NCBI GenBank assembly: GCA_937974645.1
Contig: CALJVH010000010.1
Span: 1,771-65,770 of the forward strand
Source: an uncultured archaeon
GTDB taxonomy: Archaea; Thermoproteota; Nitrososphaeria_A; Caldarchaeales; Wolframiiraptoraceae
Reading direction: 5' to 3'
DNA: 64,000 bases
This document shows, piece after piece, positions 8,115 to 18,561 of this stretch (its first letter is position 1; each line of letters opens with the position of its first letter). The notes beneath the pieces are model-generated. The model made no database searches. It was not told where the DNA came from and worked only from the letters and a program-made list of their open reading frames with translations. The translations under genes were made by a program, and so were the position numbers.

Positions 8115-9377
8115 GTGACCACCTTCCACGATTTGGACAAAAAGTATTCAGAGGTTATTGAGCTTGAGGGACATCTGATAGATTCCCACATACTCCCGAA
8201 GATTTTTGATAGAATTATGGATCTAGGAGGAGAGTTCGAGGTTCTCGAATTCAGGATTGGAAGGAAAAAGGATGAGCCAAGTTATGCAAAGATGCTGGTG
8301 ATTGGAAGGAATGCGGCCCACCTTGAGCTGATTCTAAGAGAGCTTAGATCGCTTGGCGCCGTGACCGAAAGGATCTTTGACGTAAGGCTTGAGCTGGCAC
8401 CCGGTGACATGATTCTCCCAGACGGGTTCTATGTTACATCGAATCATCCAACTTGGATACACTACAAGGGCAGGTGGATCGAGGTCAAAGACGTCGTGAT
8501 GGACAAGGTGATTGTCGTCGACCTCTTATCTGAGAGAGCTTACTGCAAGTCAATCAGGGAGGTCAAGAAAGGGGACTTAATAGTAGTCGGTGAAGAAGGT
8601 ATTCGTGTCAGGCCTCCTGAATATCCGAGGACAGGCGCTGGAATCTTTGAGTTCATGAGTGGCAGGGCTTCTTCAGAGAGGCCCACACCTACAATCGTCA
8701 AAAAGGTCGCCTCGGAAATTGTTAAGACGAAAGAGGAAGGCGGTAAGATAGTTGTGGTCGCAGGACCCGCAGTCGTTCATACAGGAGCCGCGGATCATTT
8801 AGCGAAAATAATAAGAATGGGCTTCGTTGATGCGCTTCTCTCAGGAAACGCGCTCGCAGTTCATGATGTGGAGTACGCTCTATTTGGAACATCTCTAGGA
8901 TTCAAGGTTGATGAAGGTGTGAGAATGCCGGGTGGGAATAGAAATCACCTCGTAGCCATAAACGAGATCATGAAATGCGGCGGCCTCAGGGGGGCTGTGG
9001 AAAAGGGCGTCTTGAGAAAGGGGGTTTTCTACGAATGCATCGTTCATGGCATCCCATACGTGCTTGCGGGTTCCATACGGGATGATGGCCCAATACCTGA
9101 CGTAATAACCGACGCAGTTGAGGCCCAGAAAGAATATAGAAAGCACCTCAAGGATGCGAGCATGGTATTGATGCTGGCATCAATGCTACATTCAATCGCC
9201 GTCGGGAATATGCTTCCATCAACCGTGAAAGTAGTATGTGTTGACATCAATCCATCTGTAGTCCTCAAGCTCGTCGATAGAGGTACTGCTCAATCTATCG
9301 GTGTCGTATCGGATGTCGGGGCCTTCTTACCGATACTTGCTGACGAACTTTCGCGGTTAAAGATCTTAAGAGGGTAG
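8115..9377 (+). CDS. LOR/SDH-domain, TIGR00300-like protein (arginine dihydrolase/ornithine cyclodeaminase-type family)
   Basis: N-terminus LEGHLIDSHILPKIFDRIMDLGGEFEVLEFRIGRKKDEPSYAKMLV and C-terminal SGNALAVHD, IRDDGPIPDV match my recollection of this archaeal/cyanobacterial family. GTG start. Confidence 0.5.
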   Translation: MTTFHDLDKKYSEVIELEGHLIDSHILPKIFDRIMDLGGEFEVLEFRIGRKKDEPSYAKMLVIGRNAAHLELILRELRSLGAVTERIFDVRLELAPGDMILPDGFYVTSNHPTWIHYKGRWIEVKDVVMDKVIVVDLLSERAYCKSIREVKKGDLIVVGEEGIRVRPPEYPRTGAGIFEFMSGRASSERPTPTIVKKVASEIVKTKEEGGKIVVVAGPAVVHTGAADHLAKIIRMGFVDALLSGNALAVHDVEYALFGTSLGFKVDEGVRMPGGNRNHLVAINEIMKCGGLRGAVEKGVLRKGVFYECIVHGIPYVLAGSIRDDGPIPDVITDAVEAQKEYRKHLKDASMVLMLASMLHSIAVGNMLPSTVKVVCVDINPSVVLKLVDRGTAQSIGVVSDVGAFLPILADELSRLKILRG

Positions 9378-9475
9378 AAGTGTTGAAAGAAATGGGGAGA
9401 AATGCTTTCTCAGCTATTTCATGTAAGCATGATCAATTATGGGACTCTGATTCTTCAGAATTTCAAATTAGGGTT

Positions 9476-9760
9476 TCATTTCTTCAATTCTTTTTCAGTA
9501 TCGCGTCGCTTGATGGCCTTATCAAATATTATCCAGTTCCTATACCACTCCTCATTCTCCTTTCTGAGAAGTTCCAGTATCCATTTTGTCAGCTCAAGAG
9601 CGTTCACTTTATCTAATTCCTTCTCCAAAATCCTGCCCTCAATTATTTTCGCTATTTTCCTCGCAGCTTCTATTGTAGCACCTGATTTCAGACAGCTCAC
9701 CACAATCTTCTCTGGAATAAATTCTTCTTCACTTCCATCTCTCTTAATTACCTTGATCAC
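9476..9760 (-). CDS. Stand-alone ATP-cone domain protein
   Basis: MIKVIKRDGSEEEFIPEKI... is the classic ATP-cone opening found in NrdR and RNR N-domains. The protein is only 94 aa. Confidence 0.7.
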   Translation of the reverse strand: MIKVIKRDGSEEEFIPEKIVVSCLKSGATIEAARKIAKIIEGRILEKELDKVNALELTKWILELLRKENEEWYRNWIIFDKAIKRRDTEKELKK

Positions 9761-9793
9761 GCCGATTATAATGTTGGAGGGGGTAATATCTGT

Positions 9794-10495
9794 TTAGTCG
9801 GCCTTCTGCCTTAATATCTCCAGCATGAGCCTCGCATTTTCCAGCATCCAATGATCGTTGTTAAAGAATACATAAACAATCTTAGGCTTGGGTGACAATA
9901 TCATCTCCGCGAGCTCTGAAAGCTCCTCCAGGGAGTAGTCGTGAGCGTACCAGCTTGACCTGCCGTGCATCCTCAAATATACTATACCATCGTTGGGATG
10001 GATGAAAGTTTCCATTGGCGAGTCAACGGAGACGTAGGTGGCACCCATGCTCGAGATAATCTCGGCGAGCTCGCGGCTGAACCAGCTCTCGTGCCTGAAC
10101 TCTATCGCAAACCTCCTACCAAGCCCGGACTCTGTGAAAAACTTTCGCACTTTTGTGAAGTTCGCTTCAGACGCGGAGAAGTTCGGCGGCATCTGGAAGA
10201 GATAGAAGTCCACGCGCTCGTCCAGCGGCTGGAATAGCTTATAAAATCTCCTCCAAGTCTCCAGGACAGGGTCCGAGAGCTTCCTCAGGTGTGTTATGGA
10301 TTTATTGACCTTGACCGCCCACCTGATCTTAGCCGTCTTCTTCGCCCATCTCGAGACCTGCGAGGGGGATGGAAACCTGTAGAAGGAGGCGTTGAGCTCG
10401 ACGGCATTAAGCCCAGAGTTCGCGAGGTACCAGTCCAACGTTCCACTAGAATTCCAGTCATACACCCAGCCTGAGGTTCCCACAAAGACCTCCAA
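9794..10495 (-). CDS. DUF72 family protein
   Basis: VGTSGWVYDWN...FYRFP and overall TIM-barrel-like DUF72 pattern. Confidence 0.7.
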   Translation of the reverse strand: MEVFVGTSGWVYDWNSSGTLDWYLANSGLNAVELNASFYRFPSPSQVSRWAKKTAKIRWAVKVNKSITHLRKLSDPVLETWRRFYKLFQPLDERVDFYLFQMPPNFSASEANFTKVRKFFTESGLGRRFAIEFRHESWFSRELAEIISSMGATYVSVDSPMETFIHPNDGIVYLRMHGRSSWYAHDYSLEELSELAEMILSPKPKIVYVFFNNDHWMLENARLMLEILRQKAD

Positions 10496-10631
10496 CAGAA
10501 CCCACCCCTAAATCATATCTAATCTCAAAAGACATGATCCAGCTCATGCTTTTAAGCAAATCTCCAAGCCTCTGAATCAAGCCGCTGACACCACTAGTTA
10601 ATATTATAGGCTCTCTTCGAAATCGCTTGGG

Positions 10632-11510
10632 ATGTTTGGAGAGACACTAGCCCTTTTAGCAGCCTTCTGCTGGGCAGCTGGAGCGGGTTTCTATAAGAGA
10701 AGTATGAGAAGCGTTAATCCCATCGGCCTGAACTTCATTCGTAGCATTCCAGCCACATTTTTCTTGTTCTTAATGGCTCTCATTTTTGGAAAACTTAACT
10801 CTTTCACAAGCCTGGAGCCGGTGGTTATAGGTCAAGTTATTGGAGCCTCTATCATATCATGGCTTTTCGGCGACACATTTTATTTTCTCGGGCTGAAGAG
10901 CATAGGCGTATCGCGCACAGTTCCAATAGCCTATTCCTATCCCCTCTTCCTCCTACCAATAAGTATCTGGTTTCTTGTGGAGCCGTTCAGCTACGAGACC
11001 CTACTTGGGACACTGTTGATCGTAGCAGCGATCTGGCTGATCTCCAGATCCCTAAGCTCAGAGGATTCTGGAAGAACTGGAAGGATCGGCTTCATGGCAT
11101 CACTTCTAGCCTCTATATGCTGGGCGATAGGCGTCGCTTCATTCAAGTACCTGATGACTTCTATTGATCCAATCTTCCTAGCCTTCTTCAGAATGCTAGT
11201 TCTTCTTCCATTCCTCGGCCTCTACAGCATGCTTTCCAGCGACACTAGAAAATCAATTCTCGGGATGCGGAAGGAAGAAATGCTTCTAGCAACCATCGGC
11301 GGCGTATTAGCGGTCGGTTTCGGCGATATGATCTACCTAATCGGTCTAGATTTAGCGAGGGCTAATATAGTCGGCCCCTTATCCGCCACAACGCCAATCT
11401 TCGCCGGGATCATCGCCGCAATCAGGCTAAGGGAAAAGCCCAGCTTCGAAACAATCCTCGGAATAATATTGATAACAATTGGCGCAGCACTCCTATCGCC
11501 GCATGGATAA
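10632..11510 (+). CDS. EamA/DMT-superfamily transporter
   Basis: Hydrophobic multi-pass protein with two similar halves typical of EamA repeats. Confidence 0.65.
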   Translation: MFGETLALLAAFCWAAGAGFYKRSMRSVNPIGLNFIRSIPATFFLFLMALIFGKLNSFTSLEPVVIGQVIGASIISWLFGDTFYFLGLKSIGVSRTVPIAYSYPLFLLPISIWFLVEPFSYETLLGTLLIVAAIWLISRSLSSEDSGRTGRIGFMASLLASICWAIGVASFKYLMTSIDPIFLAFFRMLVLLPFLGLYSMLSSDTRKSILGMRKEEMLLATIGGVLAVGFGDMIYLIGLDLARANIVGPLSATTPIFAGIIAAIRLREKPSFETILGIILITIGAALLSPHG

Positions 11511-11576
11511 AGTTTGTCAAAAGCTCTGGAGGGGCTCAAGATTTATAGGTTGGACGCCAATCACCATTCTACGAGC

Positions 11577-12059
11577 ATGAGAAGGGGTGGGGAGAGAATA
11601 CCTTTCGTGCCCTCACCCATCGGCGTCGTAAAGAAGATGTTATCACTGGCAGATCCCAAACCCGATGAGCTGCTCGTGGATCTCGGATCCGGCGATGGGA
11701 GGATAATAATTGCCGCGGCCGAGAATTACCGATGCAGAGCCTTCGGCATCGAGCTCGATGAAAAGCTCTTCAGAAAATCGATGAGCGCTATTTCCACGAA
11801 ACTACTAAAGGATAGAGCTAGAATCATACATGGGAACCTATACAACTTTGACTTCTCGAACGCTGATATAGTTACATTATATCTACTTCCAGAAACCCTG
11901 AAAGTGCTTAAGCCAAAGCTTCTCTCGCTCAAGAGAGGCTCAAGAATAGTTTGTCACGACTTCCCAATCCCAGGTATAAAACCTTCCGAGATAGCTACTA
12001 TAAAGTCGAGCTCCACGGGAAACAAGCTCCACAGGATATACTTGTATGAAATCTTCTGA
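11577..12059 (+). CDS. Class I SAM-dependent methyltransferase
   Basis: FVPSPIGVVKKML...LVDLGSGDGRIIIAAA is a motif I SAM-binding loop. The ATG at 11577 is preferred over the TTG at 11514 in the ORF track. Confidence 0.6.
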   Translation: MRRGGERIPFVPSPIGVVKKMLSLADPKPDELLVDLGSGDGRIIIAAAENYRCRAFGIELDEKLFRKSMSAISTKLLKDRARIIHGNLYNFDFSNADIVTLYLLPETLKVLKPKLLSLKRGSRIVCHDFPIPGIKPSEIATIKSSSTGNKLHRIYLYEIF

Positions 12060-12111
12060 AGCTGGGCGGCTTGAAGGTTAAATAGAGATTATGTGATACT
12101 GAAATGCCGTT

Positions 12112-13092
12112 ATGGTGTTACTAAGAAGGAAAGCATCCCTTACAATTCCCTTGATAATGCTCTGTCTACTCAGCCTATCAGCAGCTGTTCAACCAGCTGT
12201 TGGCGAGAAGCCGCTGGTAGTCGCGACTACCAGCGTGCTTGGTAGCGTAGCCGAGGATCTTGCTGGAGACCAAGTTGAGGTAATCATCCTAGTTAATCCA
12301 ACAATTTGTCCGGCGCATTATGATGTAAAGCCTAGTGATGTATATGTCATCTCAAGGGCCAGAATAATCTTTTATCATGGGGTGGAGGGATGGCTTAACC
12401 AGCTTTATGAGACCTCTGGATCTAGTGCGGAGTTGATAAAGATTTCCGGAGGGTGGTCAACGCCTGATGGGGCAAGGCACTATTACGAGGAGGTCGCGAG
12501 CGCGCTTAGCTCGAGGCTGGGACTGAGCGTGTCCACTAAGCTTGAGCAGCGGCTTAAGGAGCTTGAGGAAGTCGCGCAGCAGATTCTAGAAGAAGCTGAG
12601 AGCAGGCATGTTTCCTCAATTAACGTCATCGCAATGGAGTGGCAGAAGGATTTTGTTGAGTGGCTCGGCTTCAAGATTGTGGGAACATTTGGCCCGCCTG
12701 AGAAAGTCTCCTCCGCGGATATCGAGAAATTGGTGAAAATGGGTAAGGAGAATAACGTCGATGTAATCGTGAGCAACCTCCAAAGCGGAACGGAGCTCGG
12801 GGAAACTCTCGCGAGAGAGGTTGGGGCCATTCACGTGATCCTATCAAACTTTCCCAGAGGCGGTCCAGAGGCTAAGACTTTAGTGGACCTGATAAAGAAA
12901 AATTCTGAGGATTTATTGAGCTCTTTGGACATGCTTGCCCTGAAGAAGGATTTATCAAGGGCTAAGAGTGAGGTGGAGTATTATCGAGCATTGAGCTATT
13001 GCCTTGCGATCATAATCTTAGTTGAATCTATAATCTTAGCTTATCTCTTGGCGGTGAGAAAATGGAAGAAGGGCCGAATCGTTATGCCGTAG
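12112..13092 (+). CDS. Metal (Zn/Mn-type) ABC transporter substrate-binding protein, ZnuA/TroA family, C-terminally membrane-anchored
   Basis: VVATTSVLGSVAEDLAGDQVEV...ICPAHYDVKPSDV is cluster-9 SBP-like. C-terminal hydrophobic helix LAIIILVESIILAYLLAV. Confidence 0.7.
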   Translation: MVLLRRKASLTIPLIMLCLLSLSAAVQPAVGEKPLVVATTSVLGSVAEDLAGDQVEVIILVNPTICPAHYDVKPSDVYVISRARIIFYHGVEGWLNQLYETSGSSAELIKISGGWSTPDGARHYYEEVASALSSRLGLSVSTKLEQRLKELEEVAQQILEEAESRHVSSINVIAMEWQKDFVEWLGFKIVGTFGPPEKVSSADIEKLVKMGKENNVDVIVSNLQSGTELGETLAREVGAIHVILSNFPRGGPEAKTLVDLIKKNSEDLLSSLDMLALKKDLSRAKSEVEYYRALSYCLAIIILVESIILAYLLAVRKWKKGRIVMP

Positions 13093-13778
13093 AGCTCGAG
13101 TCCGTGTCAACTTACTATTACGGCGAGAAGAGGCCAGCGATACAGAACATCAATCTCAAGATTGATGTTGGATCACTGGCTCTTATTATCGGCCCAAATG
13201 GAGCCGGTAAGACCACGCTCCTCGAGACAGTCCTAGGATTATTGAGGCCGCGTGAGGGTAGGATCAAGGTTCTGGGATATCGTATTCCAAAAGAGGTCTT
13301 GAAAGCTAGGGCCTTATGCGCTTACCTTCCGCAGGATTTTATGAAGCCCCCGATGGAGCCATTCACGGCCAGAGAGGTCGTTGCCATGGGGCTCGCGTCA
13401 AACAGCTTCATGGGCATGCTATCGGATGACGATTGGAGAAAGGTTGACCGCTCACTTGAATTACTCGGTATGCTCGAGTATGCCAATAAGCCATTTGGCA
13501 AGCTCAGCGGAGGGCAGCAGCAGAAGATCCTGCTAGCTCGAGCGCTTGTCCGGGAACCCAAGCTCCTTCTACTTGATGAGCCCTTCAGCGCAATAGATCA
13601 AAAGACACGTTCGTACATAGTTAGTGAAGTCTTCCCGGACCTTCTAAGAAAGGGTTGCACAATATTACTGGTCAGCCATGATTCTGAGTCCTTGTTAATA
13701 AATCCCAGCGTGATCATTAGGATGCGGGATGGATTTGTGGAGCAGGTTATTATAAGAAATGTTCATGTTGCTCATTAA
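13062..13778 (+). CDS. Metal ABC transporter ATP-binding protein (ZnuC-like)
   Basis: Walker A GPNGAGKTT, Q-loop YLPQD, signature LSGGQQQ, Walker B LLLLDEP, H-loop VSHD. Confidence 0.8.
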   Translation: MEEGPNRYAVELESVSTYYYGEKRPAIQNINLKIDVGSLALIIGPNGAGKTTLLETVLGLLRPREGRIKVLGYRIPKEVLKARALCAYLPQDFMKPPMEPFTAREVVAMGLASNSFMGMLSDDDWRKVDRSLELLGMLEYANKPFGKLSGGQQQKILLARALVREPKLLLLDEPFSAIDQKTRSYIVSEVFPDLLRKGCTILLVSHDSESLLINPSVIIRMRDGFVEQVIIRNVHVAH

Positions 13779-14583
13779 CTCCATTATTAGCGGAATATTG
13801 GCCGGGGGCTTATGCGGCGCGGTCGGAGCAATGTGCAATAGGCTCAGGCTTACGACGATAGCGTTCTCGATTGCTCATGCTGCGCTGGCTGGCTCGGCTT
13901 TAGCCCTCACATTAGGCGCCGACATGATTTCGCTCGCAATACTTTTCGCGCTTATATCGGCGACGATACTGGGGCCGTTGGCCGATCAGCTCAGAATACC
14001 CCTTGACCTAGTCTCAATGATCCTCTTCTCGATGTATAACGCCCTCACGTTTATCTTCATACTCTCGGCGCCAGGCCAGGTGTTGATGACTGAGAGTGTC
14101 GGCCAGCTTCTTTGGGGGAGCGTACTCGCTATCAGGCCGACATACATAGCCTATCTCCTCCTCACATTCGTAATAATCCTAGCTTTCCTAACACTCTTCT
14201 GGGGAAAAATAAACTCACTACTTTTCGACATCAAGCTCGCTGAGGCGGAGGGAGTCAATGTCAGGATCTACAAGTACGTAATCCTGATAATTGCGGGCGC
14301 GGCGATAACCTTAGCTCTTAGGATGACAGGAGGATTTCTAGTTTTCTCGCTATTATATATTCCAGCCGCGGCTTCACTTCAGCTACAGGCAAATATGAAG
14401 TGGATTATAGCCGCCTCATGGCTTCTCGGCTCCACTTCGGCTTCCATGGGTCTCTTAATGAGCTTTCTATACGACCTCCCAGCGGGATCGTGCATAACAA
14501 TTGCGGCGCTCATAATTCTCGCAGGCGCATCCGTTTATTCTAGGCTGAGGGTGAGTCTAGCCGTGGAGGGGCGGCCACGATGA
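13759..14583 (+). CDS. Metal ABC transporter permease (ZnuB-like)
   Basis: Multi-pass membrane protein directly following and overlapping the ATPase gene; ABC-3 family-like. Confidence 0.7.
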   Translation: MFMLLINSIISGILAGGLCGAVGAMCNRLRLTTIAFSIAHAALAGSALALTLGADMISLAILFALISATILGPLADQLRIPLDLVSMILFSMYNALTFIFILSAPGQVLMTESVGQLLWGSVLAIRPTYIAYLLLTFVIILAFLTLFWGKINSLLFDIKLAEAEGVNVRIYKYVILIIAGAAITLALRMTGGFLVFSLLYIPAAASLQLQANMKWIIAASWLLGSTSASMGLLMSFLYDLPAGSCITIAALIILAGASVYSRLRVSLAVEGRPR

Positions 14584-14816
14584 AAGCCTCAAGCATTCTA
14601 GACAAACTCTTGGAGGGGGCATCCACGCTTCATTGCCGCATCGGGCCATTTTTAGCTCTGGGCGTCAAGGCTGGGCTTAGAGCCATAGAGGTGCTCGGGT
14701 ACGATCCCTTCAGGATGAATGTGAGGATTTTCGCCCCCAGAAATCTCAACGCCTTACACTTGTCTCACGGATGGCCTTCCAATGGCATATATCGAGGTGA
14801 CAGGCCGATTGGTTAG
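14580..14816 (+). pseudogene. Decayed FmdE-domain-like gene
   Basis: LHCRIGPFLALGVKAGLRAIEVLG resembles the FmdE HGHxCPGLALGYR motif. The family-like continuation PYTCLTDGL... lies in the +1 frame after a C5 run at 14734-14738. Further fragments in other frames extend to about 15080. Confidence 0.35.
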
Positions 14817-15096
14817 GAGATTAATAAAATAATCTACTACCGGATTTGTGGTCCTGTTTGATATCAGCGTTGGAAAAGTCTTGAAGAAAAGAGAAGAATG
14901 AGTTCGGGGGCTGATTCTCATTAAAGAAGTTAGAGAGCGCCTTGGACTCTGCAAAGCTGAATTGGTAATGAAAGACTATTGCCGACAAAGGGTAAATACC
15001 GTCCTTAACGAGCTGGTGAAAATGTTTATCTGCGGCTTAGCACGTGACGAGACGCCAAGATTGCTTATTGCTGACACATATTATTAGTTAGGTTGA

Positions 15097-15534
15097 TTAT
15101 TCGTTATTATGTAATAGCCCTTTAATTTCTGAGGCCACGGACGCGCATGCACTTTCTACGTTTTCGGAGAGGCCTAGACCCTCCTCAAAGCGCTCACCTT
15201 CTATACCGTAGACCAGTATCTTGGCCGGGAGGAGCCCAAGGGAGTCAGCCAATTCAATGATCTCAGGCAAGGTCATGGTATGAGTTGATCTCCATGCCGT
15301 GATTTTAGATAATTTCTCTGCGGAGTTGAACCTATGAATAGCTCCGGCCTTCGAGATTTTCTCCATGGCATCCACAATGATCAGAAAGTCTACATCATCC
15401 ATTAGATGGTTTAGAAGCTCGGCGGGGGTCTGGAGTCTGACAACATCTACACTAGTCTCCTCCGAAAGTAAGTCAGCGACCCTGTGCCCAGCCCCATCAT
15501 CGCCCCTATACTTGTTACCGATGCATGCCACCAT
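15097..15534 (-). CDS. [NiFe] hydrogenase maturation endopeptidase (HycI/FrhD-type) for the group 3b enzyme
   Basis: MVACIGNKYRGDDGAGHRVADLL is the GNxxxGDDGxG motif. The internal ATG at 15534 avoids overlap with the large subunit gene. Confidence 0.8.
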   Translation of the reverse strand: MVACIGNKYRGDDGAGHRVADLLSEETSVDVVRLQTPAELLNHLMDDVDFLIIVDAMEKISKAGAIHRFNSAEKLSKITAWRSTHTMTLPEIIELADSLGLLPAKILVYGIEGERFEEGLGLSENVESACASVASEIKGLLHNNE

Positions 15535-15550
15535 TATCCTCTTCCTGCCG

Positions 15551-16846
15551 CTACTCTTCTTCAATCTCCAGTTTAAGGAAATGTACGGAACAAGAGATGC
15601 ATGGGTCATAGTTTCTTACCGCCTGCTCAAACCTCCAGATTGCTTGGCTACGGGGGAGCCTCATTATTTCAGGCGCTAAAGCCTTGAGATCCTCCTCGAT
15701 CCTCTTCTGGTTTTGGGCGGTCGGGGGAACTATCTTAGCCGAGAGTATGCGGCCCTCGTCATCCACATCATATCTATGGTAGAGTATGCCTCTTGGAGCC
15801 TCTGTGCAACCATGGGCCCTCCCAGCCCTAACCTGCGGCTCTACCCTGGGACTCGGTGGCTCGACGTATTCGTCGATAATCCTGAGGGACTCCTCAACTG
15901 CGTAATGCGTCTCCGCCACCCGCGCAATTATACTCTTGAATGGGTTCCTGCAGGGCACTTTGAAGCCGATCGCCCTCAGAACTTCCTTTGTGCGGTCATG
16001 GAGCTTGTCGTAGTTAAGGTTGATTCTAGAGAGGGGGCCGACCATGTATGCACCTCTGCCAATGATGTAGGAGTGTAACGCGTTCGAGTGTGGCATCTGC
16101 TCCTCCGCAAAATAGTCCTCATACTGCTCAACCGCGATGTCCAGCCCCTTGTTCGAGACTATTCTTCCCTCGTTCATCGGATACTCGTCTGGGTGCCTGA
16201 GGGCCACGAACTCGTAATCCTGCTCGAAGTCGGGGAAGTCTAAGTCTGCGACCCACTCCAGCAGTCTTCCGGCAATCTCCAAACCCTCGACAAGCCTCTC
16301 CTTCATTCCAGCTAAAACGCGTTTAGATGGCACGCGGTAGAATCCCCCCACACAGGCAGCGACCGGGTGGATTTCCCTGCCACCCAGCAGCGCGACTATA
16401 TCATTGCCCAGCTTCTTCAACTTGAGCGCGTTCTTCACTACTTCGGGATGCTTCTTAGCCATCTTGACGGCATCATCGTACCCTAAGAAATCTGGTGCGT
16501 GGAGGAGGAAGGCATGGAGCATGTGGCTCTCTATCCACTCCCCGGAGTAGTAGAGCCTCCTTAGACTCCTGACGGCCGGGTCTATGGCCACTCTGAAGAG
16601 TTTCTCAAAAGCGTGGATCGAGCTCATCTGATAAGCTATTGGACAAATCCCGCAGATCCTAGCCGTTATGTCGGGCACGTCATAGTACATTCGGCCCACC
16701 AGTAGTGCCTCGAAGAGCCTGGGAGGCTCGAATATTCTGAACTTGACGTCTACTACCTCGCGGCCCATGAGTTTGATGTAAAGGGCGCCTTCACCTTCGA
16801 CTCTAGCGAGATAGTCTACGCGGTATTCTCTCTCCCTAGCGGTCAA
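15551..16846 (-). CDS. hydA: Cytoplasmic [NiFe] hydrogenase large subunit (group 3b sulfhydrogenase alpha-like)
   Basis: N-terminal [10 protein letters not shown] and C-terminal DPCISCSVH followed by a 9-aa tail. Sits in beta-gamma-delta-alpha operon order. Confidence 0.9.
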   Translation of the reverse strand: MTAREREYRVDYLARVEGEGALYIKLMGREVVDVKFRIFEPPRLFEALLVGRMYYDVPDITARICGICPIAYQMSSIHAFEKLFRVAIDPAVRSLRRLYYSGEWIESHMLHAFLLHAPDFLGYDDAVKMAKKHPEVVKNALKLKKLGNDIVALLGGREIHPVAACVGGFYRVPSKRVLAGMKERLVEGLEIAGRLLEWVADLDFPDFEQDYEFVALRHPDEYPMNEGRIVSNKGLDIAVEQYEDYFAEEQMPHSNALHSYIIGRGAYMVGPLSRINLNYDKLHDRTKEVLRAIGFKVPCRNPFKSIIARVAETHYAVEESLRIIDEYVEPPSPRVEPQVRAGRAHGCTEAPRGILYHRYDVDDEGRILSAKIVPPTAQNQKRIEEDLKALAPEIMRLPRSQAIWRFEQAVRNYDPCISCSVHFLKLEIEEE

Positions 16847-17613
16847 TCCTCAGCCTTCACCTCCCTGAAGCCTGGAGCCCAAGCGTTGAAGAGCCTGAAA
16901 GCCATGACGGCTTCCTCCTGCGGCTTACCCAGCTCTATGAAGCGCTTCATCAGCGGCCTCGAGTTCGGAGACTCCCTTGGCCCATAGCAGCCGTAGCACC
17001 CTCTCCCGTAAGCTGGGCAAATAGCGCCGCAACCGGCATGAGTTACTGGGCCGAGACAAGGGATGCCCTTAGCAACCATTATACAGACATTACCCTTCAG
17101 CTTACACTCATTACATACGCTCTGGTTCGGGATGTTCGGCGCCCTTCCAGCGAGGTATGCCGACATTACCTCGAGCAGCTGGTACTTGTTTATCGGGCAG
17201 CCTCGGAGCTCGAAATCCACCGGCACGTGGTCTGAGACGGGTGTCGACTTGTCCAGAATCTCGATGTACTCCGGCTTTGGATAGACATATTTCATAAACT
17301 CGGCCGACCTACCCCAATTCCTGAGTGCCTGTATCCCTCCCGCGGTTGCACACGCGCCTATAGTTATGAGCACCTTGCAATTCTTTCTGATCTCCTTGAT
17401 GAGCTCGGCCTCATGGGGTGTTGTGATGCTCCCTTCGACCAGACCGATGTCGTATGGCCCCTTTACGACAGCGCGGCTGGCCTCTAAGAAGTACGCGATC
17501 TCAAAGTTCTCGGTAATGGTTAGTAGCTCATCCTCAAGGTCGAGGATGCTCAACTGGCAGCCGTCGCAGGATGCGAATTTATAGACGGCTATCCTAGGCC
17601 TCCTCGCCATCAC
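16843..17613 (-). CDS. hydD: [NiFe] hydrogenase small subunit (sulfhydrogenase delta-like)
   Basis: [10 protein letters not shown]..., GACATAGG and multiple Cys clusters of a group 3 small subunit. 4-nt overlaps with both neighbours. Confidence 0.85.
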   Translation of the reverse strand: MMARRPRIAVYKFASCDGCQLSILDLEDELLTITENFEIAYFLEASRAVVKGPYDIGLVEGSITTPHEAELIKEIRKNCKVLITIGACATAGGIQALRNWGRSAEFMKYVYPKPEYIEILDKSTPVSDHVPVDFELRGCPINKYQLLEVMSAYLAGRAPNIPNQSVCNECKLKGNVCIMVAKGIPCLGPVTHAGCGAICPAYGRGCYGCYGPRESPNSRPLMKRFIELGKPQEEAVMAFRLFNAWAPGFREVKAED

Positions 17614-18467
17614 ATCTCCCTCCTCTCGAAGAAGTTTGAGATCTCTGAAAGGCTGAAGACTGGGCCGTCTTTACAGACGAAGACTGGGCCGAACTGGCAA
17701 CGCCAACACAACCCAACACCACACTTCATATTTCTCTCCATGGAGATGAAGATCCTCTCATCGGGCAGCCCCTGATTCCTCAGCTCCTGCACAGTAAACT
17801 TCATCATTATCTCAGGGCCGCAGACAAAAGCATAGGTGCTATTCGGCTCGAGTCTTATGTATTTGAACAGCGTCGTGACCACGCCGACGTATCCACGCCA
17901 CTTTTCATCACCTCTATCCACCGTGACGAGGAGCTGGATATCCAGCCTGCCCCTCCAGACCCGTAGGTCTCCCTTATAGAGAAGGTCTGCTGGTGTGCGG
18001 GCCCCATAGAGAATGTAAAACTTCCCATATTTCCCTCTGTTGTTTATGATATATTGGATTGCAGGGCGTAATGGTGCCAGACCTATCCCGCCTCCCACAA
18101 TAATTATATCTTGACCCTCAGCTTCTCTAAGCGGCCATCCCCTCCCGAAGGGCCCCCTCAGCCCCAACCTAGAGCCTATCCTTGCCGAGGCTATAGCCCT
18201 AGTCACCGGACCCACTCCCCTCACTGTGTACTCCAGCATCCCCTCGGTTGGAAGGGCCCCGCTTATGGAGATAGGAACCTCACCTACACCGTATGCGTAG
18301 ATCATGTTGAACTGGCCTGGCTCGAAGGCTATCTCGCCTCGGCGGCGCGGTCTGACTCTAATAGTATAGGTATCCGGCGTCTCTTTAACCCGCCCGACGA
18401 CGCGGCACCATTCGATCTTGAACGTCTCTAGACCCGTCGCTACCCCAAGGCTCTGCTCGGTCATCAC
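17610..18467 (-). CDS. hydG: Sulfhydrogenase gamma-like subunit (FAD/NAD(P)-binding, [2Fe-2S])
   Basis: Ferredoxin-reductase-type fold ([13 protein letters not shown]) with a C-terminal [10 protein letters not shown] cluster motif. AsrB-like. Confidence 0.85.
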   Translation of the reverse strand: MMTEQSLGVATGLETFKIEWCRVVGRVKETPDTYTIRVRPRRRGEIAFEPGQFNMIYAYGVGEVPISISGALPTEGMLEYTVRGVGPVTRAIASARIGSRLGLRGPFGRGWPLREAEGQDIIIVGGGIGLAPLRPAIQYIINNRGKYGKFYILYGARTPADLLYKGDLRVWRGRLDIQLLVTVDRGDEKWRGYVGVVTTLFKYIRLEPNSTYAFVCGPEIMMKFTVQELRNQGLPDERIFISMERNMKCGVGLCWRCQFGPVFVCKDGPVFSLSEISNFFERREM

Positions 18468-18561
18468 GCCACATCAACCCCCGATCCCTCATTACCCATG
18501 GTTTCAATCCTAAATTCTCCCTTGGGTGGAGCGTAAAAAAGCGCTATAAGACCGTGGCTAC

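Noticed and set aside
9380-9797. Two plus-strand ORFs (78 and 131 codons) after the LOR/SDH-like gene
   Set aside because: They are antisense to the ATP-cone gene, which has a textbook N-terminal motif. Their translations are Phe/Ser/Ile-rich with no motif.
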